DNA of 64,000 bases from Acidobacteriota bacterium (GTDB taxonomy: Bacteria > Acidobacteriota > UBA6911): the NCBI GenBank assembly GCA_963664705.1, contig OY761556.1, positions 3,328,001 to 3,392,000 on the forward strand, given 5' to 3'. Within the stretch, counting starts at the first letter, position 1; the number at the start of each line of letters is the position of its first letter. The translations under genes and the position numbers were made by a program. Below the pieces are notes generated by a model. It saw only the letters and a program-made list of their open reading frames with translations, searched no databases and was not told the origin of the DNA. This document shows, piece by piece, positions 20,603-30,586 of the stretch.

Positions 20603-21502
20603 TCAGGCACGGCGTGTGCGATGGCTTTTATTGCGGAGCTTTGCTTTCTGAGGTTTTGGCTGAGGCAGTGAAGCTTCCATCCACTGCTTGATGCGATTGG
20701 CATCCGCCAACCGGGTGTTCTTCCCAGTGGAGTTCAGGAGGACAATCAGAACCGGCCGCCGGGCCAGCAGCGTCTGCATCACCAGGCAACGACCGCCCTC
20801 CTCAATATAGCCGGTTTTGGACAGACCGATCTGCCATTTGCGATTGCGCACCAGCGCATTCGTGTTGACGAACTTCAATTTTTTCCGCCCCTGCTCAAGC
20901 GTTACTTCAGGCTGCGTGGTGAAATTGCATATCAGAGGATATCGGCAGGCTGCGTCTACCAGTTTGCTGAGATCTGCAGCAGACGCAACATTTTCGTCCG
21001 AAAGCCCGGTCGGGTCATCAAAGCGCGCTTCGCTGAGGCCCAAAACCTTCGCCTTCTCATTCATTGCCCGCACAAGCGCGTGAATGCCGCCGGGATAGGT
21101 TCTGCCCAACGCATGGGCGGCGCGATTCTCGGATGCCATCAGCGCGATCAGCAAGGCATCCCGTCTGGTGAGTTGAGTTCCAACCGGAAGATGCGAGTGA
21201 CTGAAACGCAGGATATCCTTGTCTGCCTCCTCGATAGTAATTATCTCCTCCATGTTCAGCTTTGCATCCAGAACCACCATGGCAGTCATCAGTTTGGTGA
21301 TGGAGGCAATCGGCATTGCGGTTTCCGCCCGTTTTGACAGAAGGGATTCCCCGGTGCGCTGATCCTTTACAATGAATGCGGCTGAGCGAAGCTTTGGAAC
21401 GCGGGTTGTGGGTATGGACCAGGCGCGAAGATCGGCGGCAGAAGAAGCGAAAAGCAGCCCCAGAAAAGCAAAAACAAATCTCAGCGCCATGAACAACCGC
21501 AT
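20603..21502 (-). CDS. pbpG: D-alanyl-D-alanine endopeptidase (PBP7, peptidase S11)
   Basis: ASITKLMT (SxxK), SEN, SKTGY motifs; signal peptide. Confidence 0.88.
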   Translation of the reverse strand: MRLFMALRFVFAFLGLLFASSAADLRAWSIPTTRVPKLRSAAFIVKDQRTGESLLSKRAETAMPIASITKLMTAMVVLDAKLNMEEIITIEEADKDILRFSHSHLPVGTQLTRRDALLIALMASENRAAHALGRTYPGGIHALVRAMNEKAKVLGLSEARFDDPTGLSDENVASAADLSKLVDAACRYPLICNFTTQPEVTLEQGRKKLKFVNTNALVRNRKWQIGLSKTGYIEEGGRCLVMQTLLARRPVLIVLLNSTGKNTRLADANRIKQWMEASLPQPKPQKAKLRNKSHRTRRA

Positions 21503-21772
21503 CCTTTCTTAGCTTTGACCTGTGGTGATGACTTCCATTCCTTTAACATGAGAGAGATAGTCAGGGGTTGGATCCCCCGTTTGAGCTTGGGCAATGCGTC
21601 TCAAGGTCATTGTACACATACTTGAAAAAAATTCTGCCAAAAACTTCTTCAAATTTGAATGCTCGAAAGAAAAAACCGGAATCCATGCCCCATAAATGCG
21701 ATTGACACTTGTTGCCACCTGTTACACATTGGTCTCGCTTCAATAGCTGAAAAACCCACAGGAGTGACCGAT

Positions 21773-23824
21773 ATGACAGGCGGATATCTCGGAAAAATTC
21801 TCAGACTCAATCTGACCGGCAAGGCGGTCAGCATAATCGATACGGCCAAGTACGAGGAATTCGGCGGCGGCCATGGAATAGGCTCAGCGGTTTTCTTCGA
21901 CCTGGTCGGCAGCCAGCTGCCCTTTGACGCTTTCGATCCGAGAAATGTTATCACCATCATGACAGCCCCTTTCTCAGGCACATTTGTCCCCGGTTCCGGA
22001 CGATGCGAAGTGCAGGGGCTGGCTCCAATGTACTATCCCATCGAATGGTTTAACCGCAGCAGCTGGGGCGGCAGGTTCACGGCTCAACTGAAATATGCGG
22101 GGTGGGACGGCATTGTCATTGAAGGAGTTTCCCCGGATCCCGTCTGGATTAATATTCTCAACGACAAGGTCACGTTCGAAGATGCCGGCAGCCTGTGGGG
22201 AATGGACGTGGTGGATACGCAGGAGGAAATTGCACGGCGCGTGCTTCCCGGCTTGCGCTACGGCGAATGGGCCGATTTGGATAAAGGGCAGACGACGCAG
22301 GTCCCGGCCATTGCCTGCATCGGGTTGGCGGGGGAAAACAAAAGCCGCATTGCCTCCATTGTGCATGGAGCCGGCAGCAGCGCCGCGCAAGGTGGATTCG
22401 GCGGAGTGTGGGGATCCAAAAAACTCAAAGCCATCAGCGTCATCGGCACGGGCAGTGTGCCAATTGCTGATCCCAAGGCATTGATGGAGGCCCGGAGGTG
22501 GTTCAACAAATTCCAGTGGGACGTGGATAATCCGCAGGATCTCAAAATGGAACCGCGAGCTTTCATGCTTTTCAACGGGGCTCCCAGCGGCGGGAATACT
22601 CACAATGGAACGGTCCCGCTGGAGCCGGCACGCGCCGCGGCATGCGCATCATGCCCAAGGGCCTGTCGTATGCGCCTGGCCGGGGGAAAGAGCAATGAGG
22701 CGACCTGCGCAGGTACCGTAACATTCATGGGTCTGGACGGCCCGCGGATCGACAAAATGAAAGCGACGGACCTGTTGCATGCCTATGGCATCAATCACTG
22801 GCATCTGCACGGCCCGATTGCCTACCTGCAGGGATTGTATAAACTCGGTGTCCTTGGACGCGGGAAGCAGATTGAATGCGATCTGCCTTTCGAGCAATTC
22901 AATAAACTGGAATTCGTCGAGGCATTGATGCGCAGGATCGCAAAGCGCGAGGGGATCGGAGATGCGTTGAGCGAAGGATTGGCCAGGGCCGCCATCAAAT
23001 GGGGGCGATATGAAGAGGACCTTGCCAGCGGCCTGCTTTCACTGGCCTATTGGGGGTCCTGGGAACACTACGACCCGAGGGTTGAAGTGGAATGGGGTTA
23101 TGGCTCGCTCCTGGGAGAGCGCGATATTATGATGCACAGCTTCAATTATCCCCTGCACTGGATGCCCACGGCGATGATCAGGGAAAAGGTTGAACCGTAT
23201 CTCTCCGCCGAAAGGGCCGTGGAGATGGTAGCCGCCACTATGATTCCGTATGCAGGTGATCCTTTCATGATGGATTACAGCGAAGGCTCCACAGGAATCT
23301 ATTCCGATCACAAAGTCAAACAGGTGGCATGGCACCGGCACTATGAGAGGTTCTGGATTGACAGTACGGGCTTCTGCGGTTGGCGTTGGCCGATGTTCTT
23401 TACCAACAATACTCCTGACAGAGTGGGCGCCACGCCGGAAGCAGAACCGAAATTCTATAATGCAGTGACCGGAAAAAATATCTCCTTTGCCGACGGAATG
23501 GAAATCGGACGCAAGATATGGAACCTGGATAAATCCATCTGGGTGCTGCAGGGAAGACACCGTAACCAGGAAGTATTCCCGGAGTATCTGTACACCAAAC
23601 CGTCCGAAGCGCACATTCTCCCGGTATATGAAAACGGCAAATGGTCCTATGGGACCAATGCGGGCCGCACCTTGAACAAGAATAAAGTCGAAGACTGGAA
23701 GACTCGATTTTACGAATTCGAGGGGTGGAACCAGGCAAACGGATGGCCCAAGAGAAGCACGCTTGAATCACTCGGAATGAAAAAAGTCGCCGACACGCTA
23801 CAGGCCAGGAACAAACTCGGCTAG
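21773..23824 (+). CDS. Aldehyde:ferredoxin oxidoreductase family (W/Mo-bis-pterin) protein
   Basis: GYLGKILRLNLT, LKYAGWDGIVIEG, IGLAGEN, GGVWGSKKLKAI, CASCPRAC, YEFEGW...GWP..TLESLG. Confidence 0.9.
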   Translation: MTGGYLGKILRLNLTGKAVSIIDTAKYEEFGGGHGIGSAVFFDLVGSQLPFDAFDPRNVITIMTAPFSGTFVPGSGRCEVQGLAPMYYPIEWFNRSSWGGRFTAQLKYAGWDGIVIEGVSPDPVWINILNDKVTFEDAGSLWGMDVVDTQEEIARRVLPGLRYGEWADLDKGQTTQVPAIACIGLAGENKSRIASIVHGAGSSAAQGGFGGVWGSKKLKAISVIGTGSVPIADPKALMEARRWFNKFQWDVDNPQDLKMEPRAFMLFNGAPSGGNTHNGTVPLEPARAAACASCPRACRMRLAGGKSNEATCAGTVTFMGLDGPRIDKMKATDLLHAYGINHWHLHGPIAYLQGLYKLGVLGRGKQIECDLPFEQFNKLEFVEALMRRIAKREGIGDALSEGLARAAIKWGRYEEDLASGLLSLAYWGSWEHYDPRVEVEWGYGSLLGERDIMMHSFNYPLHWMPTAMIREKVEPYLSAERAVEMVAATMIPYAGDPFMMDYSEGSTGIYSDHKVKQVAWHRHYERFWIDSTGFCGWRWPMFFTNNTPDRVGATPEAEPKFYNAVTGKNISFADGMEIGRKIWNLDKSIWVLQGRHRNQEVFPEYLYTKPSEAHILPVYENGKWSYGTNAGRTLNKNKVEDWKTRFYEFEGWNQANGWPKRSTLESLGMKKVADTLQARNKLG

Positions 23825-23845
23825 CCAATCGGAGCCGCCGCCGAT

Positions 23846-24478
23846 TTAGTGGTTTGCCAGAACGGAACGAATTTTGCCGGTAATGAGGTCAATCCCGGCC
23901 TCATTAAATCCTCCCTCTGGAAGGATGATATCGGCATACCGCATAGACGGTTCGACAAACTGAAGGTGCATCGGCCGCACGGTGGTGAGGTACTGTTCGA
24001 TAACAGAATCGACGCTGCGACCGCGCTCCCGCAGATCGCGCTTGAGCCTTCGGACAAATCGGATATCCGGATCACAATCCACAAAAATCTTGATGTCCAT
24101 GAAGCGCCGCAAACGCGGATCGAAAAAAATCAGGATTCCCTCGACAATAATGACCGGCAACGGCAGCACGGCGATAGTGTCAGGCTTGCGCGAGTGAGTT
24201 ACAAAATCATAGATCGGACGCTCGATGCATTCGCCGGCTCGCAGCGCTTCCAGGTGATTGACGAGCAGTTCGTTATCGATGGCATCCGGATGGTCGAAGT
24301 TGGCCTGATGCCGGACGTCAAGCGGCATGTCCCCGAGGTTGCGGTAATAGGAGTCCTGTTGCAGATAGGCAACGTTCTCCTCACCAATGGATGCGATGAT
24401 CTTCTGAGCCACCGTGGTCTTGCCTGAGCCGGTTCCTCCGCAAATTCCGATAATGATGCTGGACATATTAGTCGCCAC
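23846..24478 (-). CDS. udk: Uridine kinase
   Basis: GGTGSGKTT, QDSYY, NFDHPDA, ERGR, FVEPS motifs. Confidence 0.96.
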   Translation of the reverse strand: MATNMSSIIIGICGGTGSGKTTVAQKIIASIGEENVAYLQQDSYYRNLGDMPLDVRHQANFDHPDAIDNELLVNHLEALRAGECIERPIYDFVTHSRKPDTIAVLPLPVIIVEGILIFFDPRLRRFMDIKIFVDCDPDIRFVRRLKRDLRERGRSVDSVIEQYLTTVRPMHLQFVEPSMRYADIILPEGGFNEAGIDLITGKIRSVLANH

Positions 24479-24527
24479 CTCCTGATATTGCGCCCGCTTG
24501 CAAGATTTGTGACAAGGGCATGTGAAT

Positions 24528-25043
24528 TTACTTCGGGATCCCCACCTCGACTTCCGTAACAGGCAATATTTCCTTTATCCTGCGTGGATCCAATTCGACC
24601 AGGAAACCGCGCTTGCCGCCATTAATCAGTATTGTCGGAAGATCAAAAATGGTCTTCTCCACATAAACAGGGAGAGCCGCGCGGGTTCCGAACGGGCTGG
24701 TTCCTCCGAACATGTACCCGGTGAGCCTTCCCGCCGTTTTCTCATCACATGGTTCAACCGATTTCACGCCAAGAAGCCTGGCGAGATTGCGGGTCGACAC
24801 TTCGCAGTCACCATGCATCAGAACGAGAAGACCATGCTTTGTTTCCGTCTGCATGACGAGCGTCTTGACCAGGATATGCTCCGGATATCCCAGTTCGGCC
24901 GCGCCCACGCTGGTTCCGCCGTGCTCCTGGTATCGATAAAGATGTTGCTTGAATACAACATTCCTATCCCTTAAAAAACGTATGGCCGCCGTAACAGGAA
25001 ACTCAGACTTGGTCAGACCATCCTCCTTTTCGCTGCGAGGCAA
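24528..25043 (-). CDS. ybaK: Cys-tRNA(Pro) deacylase, YbaK family
   Basis: VKTLV, TGYMFGGTSPFG, NGGKRG motifs; true start may be 25016. Confidence 0.9.
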   Translation of the reverse strand: MPRSEKEDGLTKSEFPVTAAIRFLRDRNVVFKQHLYRYQEHGGTSVGAAELGYPEHILVKTLVMQTETKHGLLVLMHGDCEVSTRNLARLLGVKSVEPCDEKTAGRLTGYMFGGTSPFGTRAALPVYVEKTIFDLPTILINGGKRGFLVELDPRRIKEILPVTEVEVGIPK

Positions 25044-25433
25044 TCATTCGTTCGAAGAAGCGGTTCCCTCAAGATACGCCATCACCTTATCGCCAAGCTC
25101 CTGCAGCGATAGGGAAGCCTTGACCAGGTACCCGGCAGCTCCCAGCGCTGTCGCTTTTTGAACCTTGGTGTCCGTCGAATTGGAAAGTATGACGACAGGT
25201 ATGCCGCGCGTTTTTTCATCCTTCTTCAGAGCCTCCAGAGTTTCAAGGCCGGAGAGCTTTGGCATCAGCATGTCCAGGAGGATGAGGTGCGGATCATTTT
25301 CGCGAGCCTGCACCAGGCCTTCTTCTCCATCCGCTGCGGTTAGAATTGTAAGGCCTCTCTTTTTCAGACTTGCTTCACAGGCCTTCCGCAAAAACTTGTC
25401 GTCTTCGATTAAAAGGACACGAGTATTTTTCAT
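25044..25433 (-). CDS. Single-domain response regulator (receiver only)
   Basis: LIEDD, LLDMLMP, ILSN, YLVK. Confidence 0.93.
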   Translation of the reverse strand: MKNTRVLLIEDDKFLRKACEASLKKRGLTILTAADGEEGLVQARENDPHLILLDMLMPKLSGLETLEALKKDEKTRGIPVVILSNSTDTKVQKATALGAAGYLVKASLSLQELGDKVMAYLEGTASSNE

Positions 25434-25443
25434 ACATACCTTC

Positions 25444-27327
25444 TTAGGCAGCCGGAGGAAGCATAAAGAGGAAGGTCGAGCCTGTTCCCTCTATGGATTC
25501 ACACCACACCTTTCCTCCGAATCGATCCATAATTAGTCGGACAAGGTAAAGACCCAGCCCCGTCCCCTCGGTTTCAACGCTTAAAACATTTCCTGCCCGA
25601 TAAAACTTTTCAAAAAGCTTGCCCTGATCAGATTTCGGAATTCCGATGCCGCTGTCCTTAACGGACCAGAGCACCTGATCCTTGTCTCTTCCGATCTGAA
25701 CCCGTATGTTCCCTTTCGCGGGAGTATATTTCACGGCATTGGAGACAAGGTTGAGAATCGCCTGACGCAGCAGCTGTGCATCTCCATAAACCGGCGGCAA
25801 TCCAGGGCCAATATCGAGCGAAAGCATCTGTTCCTTTTCGTTCGACATGGGCATGAGGTCATCGACCACGCTTTGAGTAATTTCGGCAATATCGAGGTTG
25901 CGGAAAGAAAGCTGGAGCTTTCCTCTCTCGAGGCGCGATATCGCAAGCAGATCGTTGACAAGGCCTATGAGTCGATCGGTAGCCAGCCTCGCATCCTCGA
26001 CATAGGATCGGACCTCCGCCGGATCCTCCAGGCTATCCATTGCCAGTTCCAGCATCCATTTCATACCGGAGAGAGGCGTACGCAACTGGTGTGTGACGAA
26101 TGAAACAAAGTCGGACTTCATCTGCTCGGCGTATTTGCGTTCAGTAATGTCGCTCACACCGCCGACGAGCCGGATTGGAGTGCCCTTCTGATTCCGGATG
26201 GCAGCCCCGCGATCCGCCACACTGAGGTAAGTGCCTCTTCCATCGGAAACCCGGTATTCCTCGGAAAAGGGAGTCTCCTTCTCAAAGTGATCTTTCAAAG
26301 CCTGTTCGATACGGGGCCGATCTTCAGCATGAATACTTCCCCAGTATTCCTGTCGACTCCGCGGCATTCGCTTGTTTTCCTTCCGAGACTGTTCGAAAAA
26401 CGCACCGAAGTAGTCGACGTGGTCAGCCGGCAAATCCCAATCGTAGACAATGTCCGTGGCACACTCCGCCACAATCCGAAATCGCGCCTCGGAATTCTGC
26501 AGCGCATCCAGAAGCCGAGCTGTGTGCACAGCCCCGGCTGCATTATCAGCGAAAAGGGACAACAGGCGTGCATCCGCCTCAGTGAACTCACGCATGCTTC
26601 CCTCGACTTCGTGGACTCCCAGGACTCCAATCAGCTCGCCACCGCGGATCATCGGCACGCAGGCGGCTGCCCCGATCGGCAGCTTGGAAAGGTTTTTCGA
26701 GCGATAGGGCCAGGACTGGTAATCGTTGGCGATCACCGGCTCCATTATATCGGCGACACGTCCGGCAAGGCCCTCGTGGCGGGATACATGCGTTCCAATG
26801 GGCATTCCCACTCCGACTTCAACCGCTATTTCAAAGTCGTCGCGATCCTTATCATAAAGAAAGATGGCACAACCCGAAGCGGCTACCAGCGTTTTGGCTC
26901 TCTCCAGGATCGTCTGAAGCAGAACGGTCAGTTCCTGTTTTTCGGTGACATCCTGCAGCGTGTCGTATAATGCAGCTATTTCCATCGTGCGCTGTTTGGC
27001 TTCCTGAAGCAGATCCACATTTTTGTGCGCATCGAGGGTTGCCTGCCTCGCAATCTTAAATCCGTAAATGAGCGCACCCGCCAGCATTACCAAACCCAGA
27101 CAGTTCAGCACAAAACTTATGGGGCTTGCGTCCAGGGCGCCAGGGGATCCCTTCCCTTGCCATATCCATGAATTGTGGTAGGAGCAGATGGAAATGAGAA
27201 TGGTCGCCGCCACTGCCAACACGCTGTAGATGCGGCATAATGAGAGGATGGAGGGATTCTCCGATTTCTTCCCCGCGGCAAAAAGACTCTGCAGGAATCC
27301 TCCGCGGGCTCTATTGGAACCGGTCAT
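25444..27327 (-). CDS. Membrane sensor histidine kinase (TM-GAF-PAS-HisKA-HATPase)
   Basis: Two TM segments, GAF, PAS, THQLRTPL H-box, NLVSNAVKY, DSGIGI, GTGLGL. Confidence 0.93.
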   Translation of the reverse strand: MTGSNRARGGFLQSLFAAGKKSENPSILSLCRIYSVLAVAATILISICSYHNSWIWQGKGSPGALDASPISFVLNCLGLVMLAGALIYGFKIARQATLDAHKNVDLLQEAKQRTMEIAALYDTLQDVTEKQELTVLLQTILERAKTLVAASGCAIFLYDKDRDDFEIAVEVGVGMPIGTHVSRHEGLAGRVADIMEPVIANDYQSWPYRSKNLSKLPIGAAACVPMIRGGELIGVLGVHEVEGSMREFTEADARLLSLFADNAAGAVHTARLLDALQNSEARFRIVAECATDIVYDWDLPADHVDYFGAFFEQSRKENKRMPRSRQEYWGSIHAEDRPRIEQALKDHFEKETPFSEEYRVSDGRGTYLSVADRGAAIRNQKGTPIRLVGGVSDITERKYAEQMKSDFVSFVTHQLRTPLSGMKWMLELAMDSLEDPAEVRSYVEDARLATDRLIGLVNDLLAISRLERGKLQLSFRNLDIAEITQSVVDDLMPMSNEKEQMLSLDIGPGLPPVYGDAQLLRQAILNLVSNAVKYTPAKGNIRVQIGRDKDQVLWSVKDSGIGIPKSDQGKLFEKFYRAGNVLSVETEGTGLGLYLVRLIMDRFGGKVWCESIEGTGSTFLFMLPPAA

Positions 27328-27429
27328 GTTCTGCCTTTAGCGCGAGATGTCTGAAACCTATCTTTGCCGAACTCTTCAGGATATTTGAAACCAGCGCTCC
27401 GCTTGATTCGTTTAGTGTCCCGGAACACT

Positions 27430-27816
27430 CTACAATTCTCGTCCCGGATCATGAATCAATTGTTCGAATTCCAGCAGAATAGGGTCCATTCCGATCTTGA
27501 TGTCCGTCAGCAGCTCTAGCGCTACTGTCAGATCGTGATCACGACCCATTCTTTCCAAATCCGAAAACTGGTCACGAAGCGCCCCGATCCCGAAAAACGC
27601 CAGTCGTCCTCTCAGCGTATGCGCTATTCGCTCAACGCTGGAAAAGTCGGAATGCAAAATTCCTTCGCGAAGATCTTCCGCCAGACGGGGAAAGTCCTCG
27701 ACAAACATCTGGGCAAGTTCGGAGAGCAGCGGGAGATCTCCATCCACATGGGCAAGTGCGGTCTCGACATCCAAAACTCTACCTGACTTATCCGACTGTT
27801 TCGTCATTTTTGGCAT
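27430..27816 (-). CDS. Hpt domain protein
   Basis: VDGDLPLLSEL...AHTLRG phospho-His motif. Confidence 0.85.
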   Translation of the reverse strand: MPKMTKQSDKSGRVLDVETALAHVDGDLPLLSELAQMFVEDFPRLAEDLREGILHSDFSSVERIAHTLRGRLAFFGIGALRDQFSDLERMGRDHDLTVALELLTDIKIGMDPILLEFEQLIHDPGREL

Positions 27817-28029
27817 ACCATACGAAAAACGTCAAAACCTGCGCGACTCAGGGAAACATGATATACCAGGATTCAAATCAATAACAGTCGCCGGCCCCTA
27901 ATTCCGGGCTGCATCGAGGTCGTTTCTCCCAATTCATTCGGAGCCGAAATAAGTGCGGTCCGGACACAACCTTTCGAGCCTCTCACTCATCTATTACTAG
28001 TGAAGGCTGTAAAGATACAGGAGGCGGCT

Positions 28030-28575
28030 ATGAAAACAAAAACAAGGATCAAGCCCGTGCTCTTCAGGACCGCGCTCATGGTATTCCTGCTGAGCTTTGC
28101 CGGAATCGGAATGTCGTCGATTCCCAATCAGGCGGGGACACTCGGCAATGCAGTGCGGCATGAACTGCTGATGCTTCCCTACTATGACGTTTTTGACATG
28201 CTCAGTTTCACGATTGACAGCTCAAACAACGTTACATTGACAGGCCAGGTTACGCGCCCGACACTCAAATCCGATGCCGAAGCCGTGGTTCGAGGCATCG
28301 CCGGAGTCGGTCGTGTCATTAACAACATCGAGGTTCTCCCTTTGTCAACTTTCGATAACTCCATCCGGGTGGCGACATACCGCGCCATATTCGGCAGACC
28401 CGGATTCGAAAAGTATGCCATCCGGGCCATAGCCCCGATTCGAATCATTGTCAAAAACGGTACCATAACATTGGAGGGCAAGGTTGATAACGCGCTGGAC
28501 CGACAGATGGCCGAAATGGCCGCTCGCCTGGTGCCAAACGTTTTCAGCGTCACGGATAATTTGACCATCTCATAA
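28030..28575 (+). CDS. BON domain periplasmic protein
   Basis: Signal peptide; two BON repeats (VTLTGQV...VINNIEV; ITLEGKV...VFSVTDNL). Confidence 0.88.
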   Translation: MKTKTRIKPVLFRTALMVFLLSFAGIGMSSIPNQAGTLGNAVRHELLMLPYYDVFDMLSFTIDSSNNVTLTGQVTRPTLKSDAEAVVRGIAGVGRVINNIEVLPLSTFDNSIRVATYRAIFGRPGFEKYAIRAIAPIRIIVKNGTITLEGKVDNALDRQMAEMAARLVPNVFSVTDNLTIS

Positions 28576-28831
28576 TTGACGCCGATCTTGTTGTCGGGAT
28601 ACCGGTTTGATGATATTTTCGAAGATATGAATTCAACCGGTTTCCCGATTTCAAGATACCCGGAGAGAATTGGGCTGTCGAAGAGACTGAGTCCAATCAA
28701 AGAGGGATTCCCTCAGCATCCTTCGAAACACGAGTTTTCATTCCCATTCGAAAATCCGAACCCCCATCTGAATTGCAGCATTCCCCTGGTACGAGAAATC
28801 GGGGCGGAAAGTCTATCGAGCCATCGTCTAT

Positions 28832-29641
28832 ATGCCTAAATGGAAATTGATCGTCGAATACGAAGGAACGAGATATCGCGGTTGGCAGGAACAGACAAAT
28901 GCCAGAACGGTGCAGGGTGAATTGCGAAAAGCCGCCGGGGCATTGCTCGGGCCGGAAATGGAAATAGCAGGCTCGGGCAGGACCGACGCAGGAGTGCATG
29001 CCCTGTGCCAGGTAGCCCATATACGCTCATCCAAAATCGTTCGACCGGGACTCCTTCGGCAGGAGATCAACGACAGGCTTCCGGCGGATATCAGCGTCCG
29101 TGCGCTGGAAGAGGTCAATGCCCGTTTCCATGCACGACATCATGCGGAAGAGCGTTTTTATCTGTATCAGATAGCTACCGAGCGCTCTGCCTTCGGCAAG
29201 CATTTTGTCTGGTGGATCAAAGACCGTCTCAACACCCAGGCAATGCGCGAAGCCTTCCGCCTTTTTCATGGGATGCACGATTTCACGGCCTACCGCGAGA
29301 AGGCAGAGGACCCACCCAGCACGCGCGTCGATGTGACGCGCTGTGAACTTGCAGAGCATGGCAGCCTGATCCTGCTGCGAATCGGCGCATCTCATTTTCT
29401 GTGGAAAATGGTGCGGCGAATCGTCGGCGTCCTGGTGGAGGTCGGCCGGGGGAAGCTTCGCACTCAAGATGTCATGCATCTCGGGCCAGAGGATATTGCT
29501 CGACTCACAGCCCCTCCATCGGGGCTTTTCCTGGAATATGTACGCTATGCCAATGATGCACCGCCGGCTGAGTTGACTCCGGCTTTCAGCTTCCGGCAAG
29601 GCTCAGATTTACAAAAACCAACCAAAAAGGAAATCAGATGA
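28832..29641 (+). CDS. truA: tRNA pseudouridine(38-40) synthase
   Basis: YEGTRYRGWQ, GSGRTDAGVHA, HDF, FLWKMVRRIVG, APPSGLFL. Confidence 0.95.
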   Translation: MPKWKLIVEYEGTRYRGWQEQTNARTVQGELRKAAGALLGPEMEIAGSGRTDAGVHALCQVAHIRSSKIVRPGLLRQEINDRLPADISVRALEEVNARFHARHHAEERFYLYQIATERSAFGKHFVWWIKDRLNTQAMREAFRLFHGMHDFTAYREKAEDPPSTRVDVTRCELAEHGSLILLRIGASHFLWKMVRRIVGVLVEVGRGKLRTQDVMHLGPEDIARLTAPPSGLFLEYVRYANDAPPAELTPAFSFRQGSDLQKPTKKEIR

Positions 29642-30108
29642 ACCAGAATTTATCCGTCTTGATCACCGAACTCAAAAACCGGGCAAAAATTTACGTCCAC
29701 ATCTATCGCGAACTTGCAAAGGAAGTGGGCAGCGAAAAGGCAGCCGGGATCCTGAAGCGAGCGCTTTATGCCAGGGGGCAGGAAAAGGGAGCGCAGTTGA
29801 AGACACGAATTGAACACCCTGACTTGCATCAACTGGCGATTGCCTTTGTAGATGGAAATGCCGACATGGATGCCTTTGGGCACGAGATTGTGCAGGAACA
29901 CATGGACTTCGTGCTTCTCAGGCTGAAGGGATGCCCACTTGCCGAAGCCTGGAAAGAATCAGAACTGACGCCTGAAGAACAGAAGATCCTGTGCGATATC
30001 GCCTACCAGGTGGATTTCGGGAAATTTGAAACCGCAGGATATAAGCTTGAATTCAACTGCCGCATTGCGGATAGGGGCAAAAGCTGCGACATGAAAGTGA
30101 CGCTATAA
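29638..30108 (+). CDS. L-2-amino-thiazoline-4-carboxylic acid hydrolase-like protein
   Basis: CPLAEAW...LCDIAYQVD...IADRGKSC Cys pattern; ATGA overlap with truA. Confidence 0.7.
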   Translation: MNQNLSVLITELKNRAKIYVHIYRELAKEVGSEKAAGILKRALYARGQEKGAQLKTRIEHPDLHQLAIAFVDGNADMDAFGHEIVQEHMDFVLLRLKGCPLAEAWKESELTPEEQKILCDIAYQVDFGKFETAGYKLEFNCRIADRGKSCDMKVTL

Positions 30109-30113
30109 AAAAC

Positions 30114-30154
30114 GCCACGAATTTCGGGGACCGGGGCACCTCGAAATTCGTGGC
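30114..30154. repeat. REP-like palindrome / terminator between convergent genes
   Basis: GCCACGAATTTCG...CGAAATTCGTGGC. Confidence 0.65.
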
Positions 30155-30166
30155 AGCTTTCGAAAA

Positions 30167-30541
30167 CTATTTTGCTCGATGCGAGCTCTCGACCATAACC
30201 AATCCCGAACCTATTTGTTCGGGGATTTTCTTAACCATGGATTTGATATTGATCAAATCCTGTATCCTTCCCTTTACTCCAATGCGCGCTCCCTCGCGTG
30301 GGACTCCGGTTCTACAAAACACCCATAGCCTTCCAGTCCCGTCATCCACTTCATAAAAGCCTATTCCCAGCACCGAAATGCTTTGCGTCACAGTACCGAC
30401 AACTCCGACGTCACGGTTTGCATAGCGATGGGGTTCCGCCATGATCTGATTGATCGTTCTCTGTTCGCATCCGGCCATGACAAAGGCCCAAACCATGAGA
30501 AGTATCAGAATCGCCCGGTGTTGATGTTCAGGTCTTTTCAT
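30167..30541 (-). CDS. Lipoprotein, probable OB fold
   Basis: Lipobox MAGC; VDDGTGRLWV motif. Confidence 0.7.
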   Translation of the reverse strand: MKRPEHQHRAILILLMVWAFVMAGCEQRTINQIMAEPHRYANRDVGVVGTVTQSISVLGIGFYEVDDGTGRLWVFCRTGVPREGARIGVKGRIQDLINIKSMVKKIPEQIGSGLVMVESSHRAK

Positions 30542-30586
30542 ATTGATCTCCCGTGCAGGATTAGATTGCCCGGCAGCTTTTTTGTT

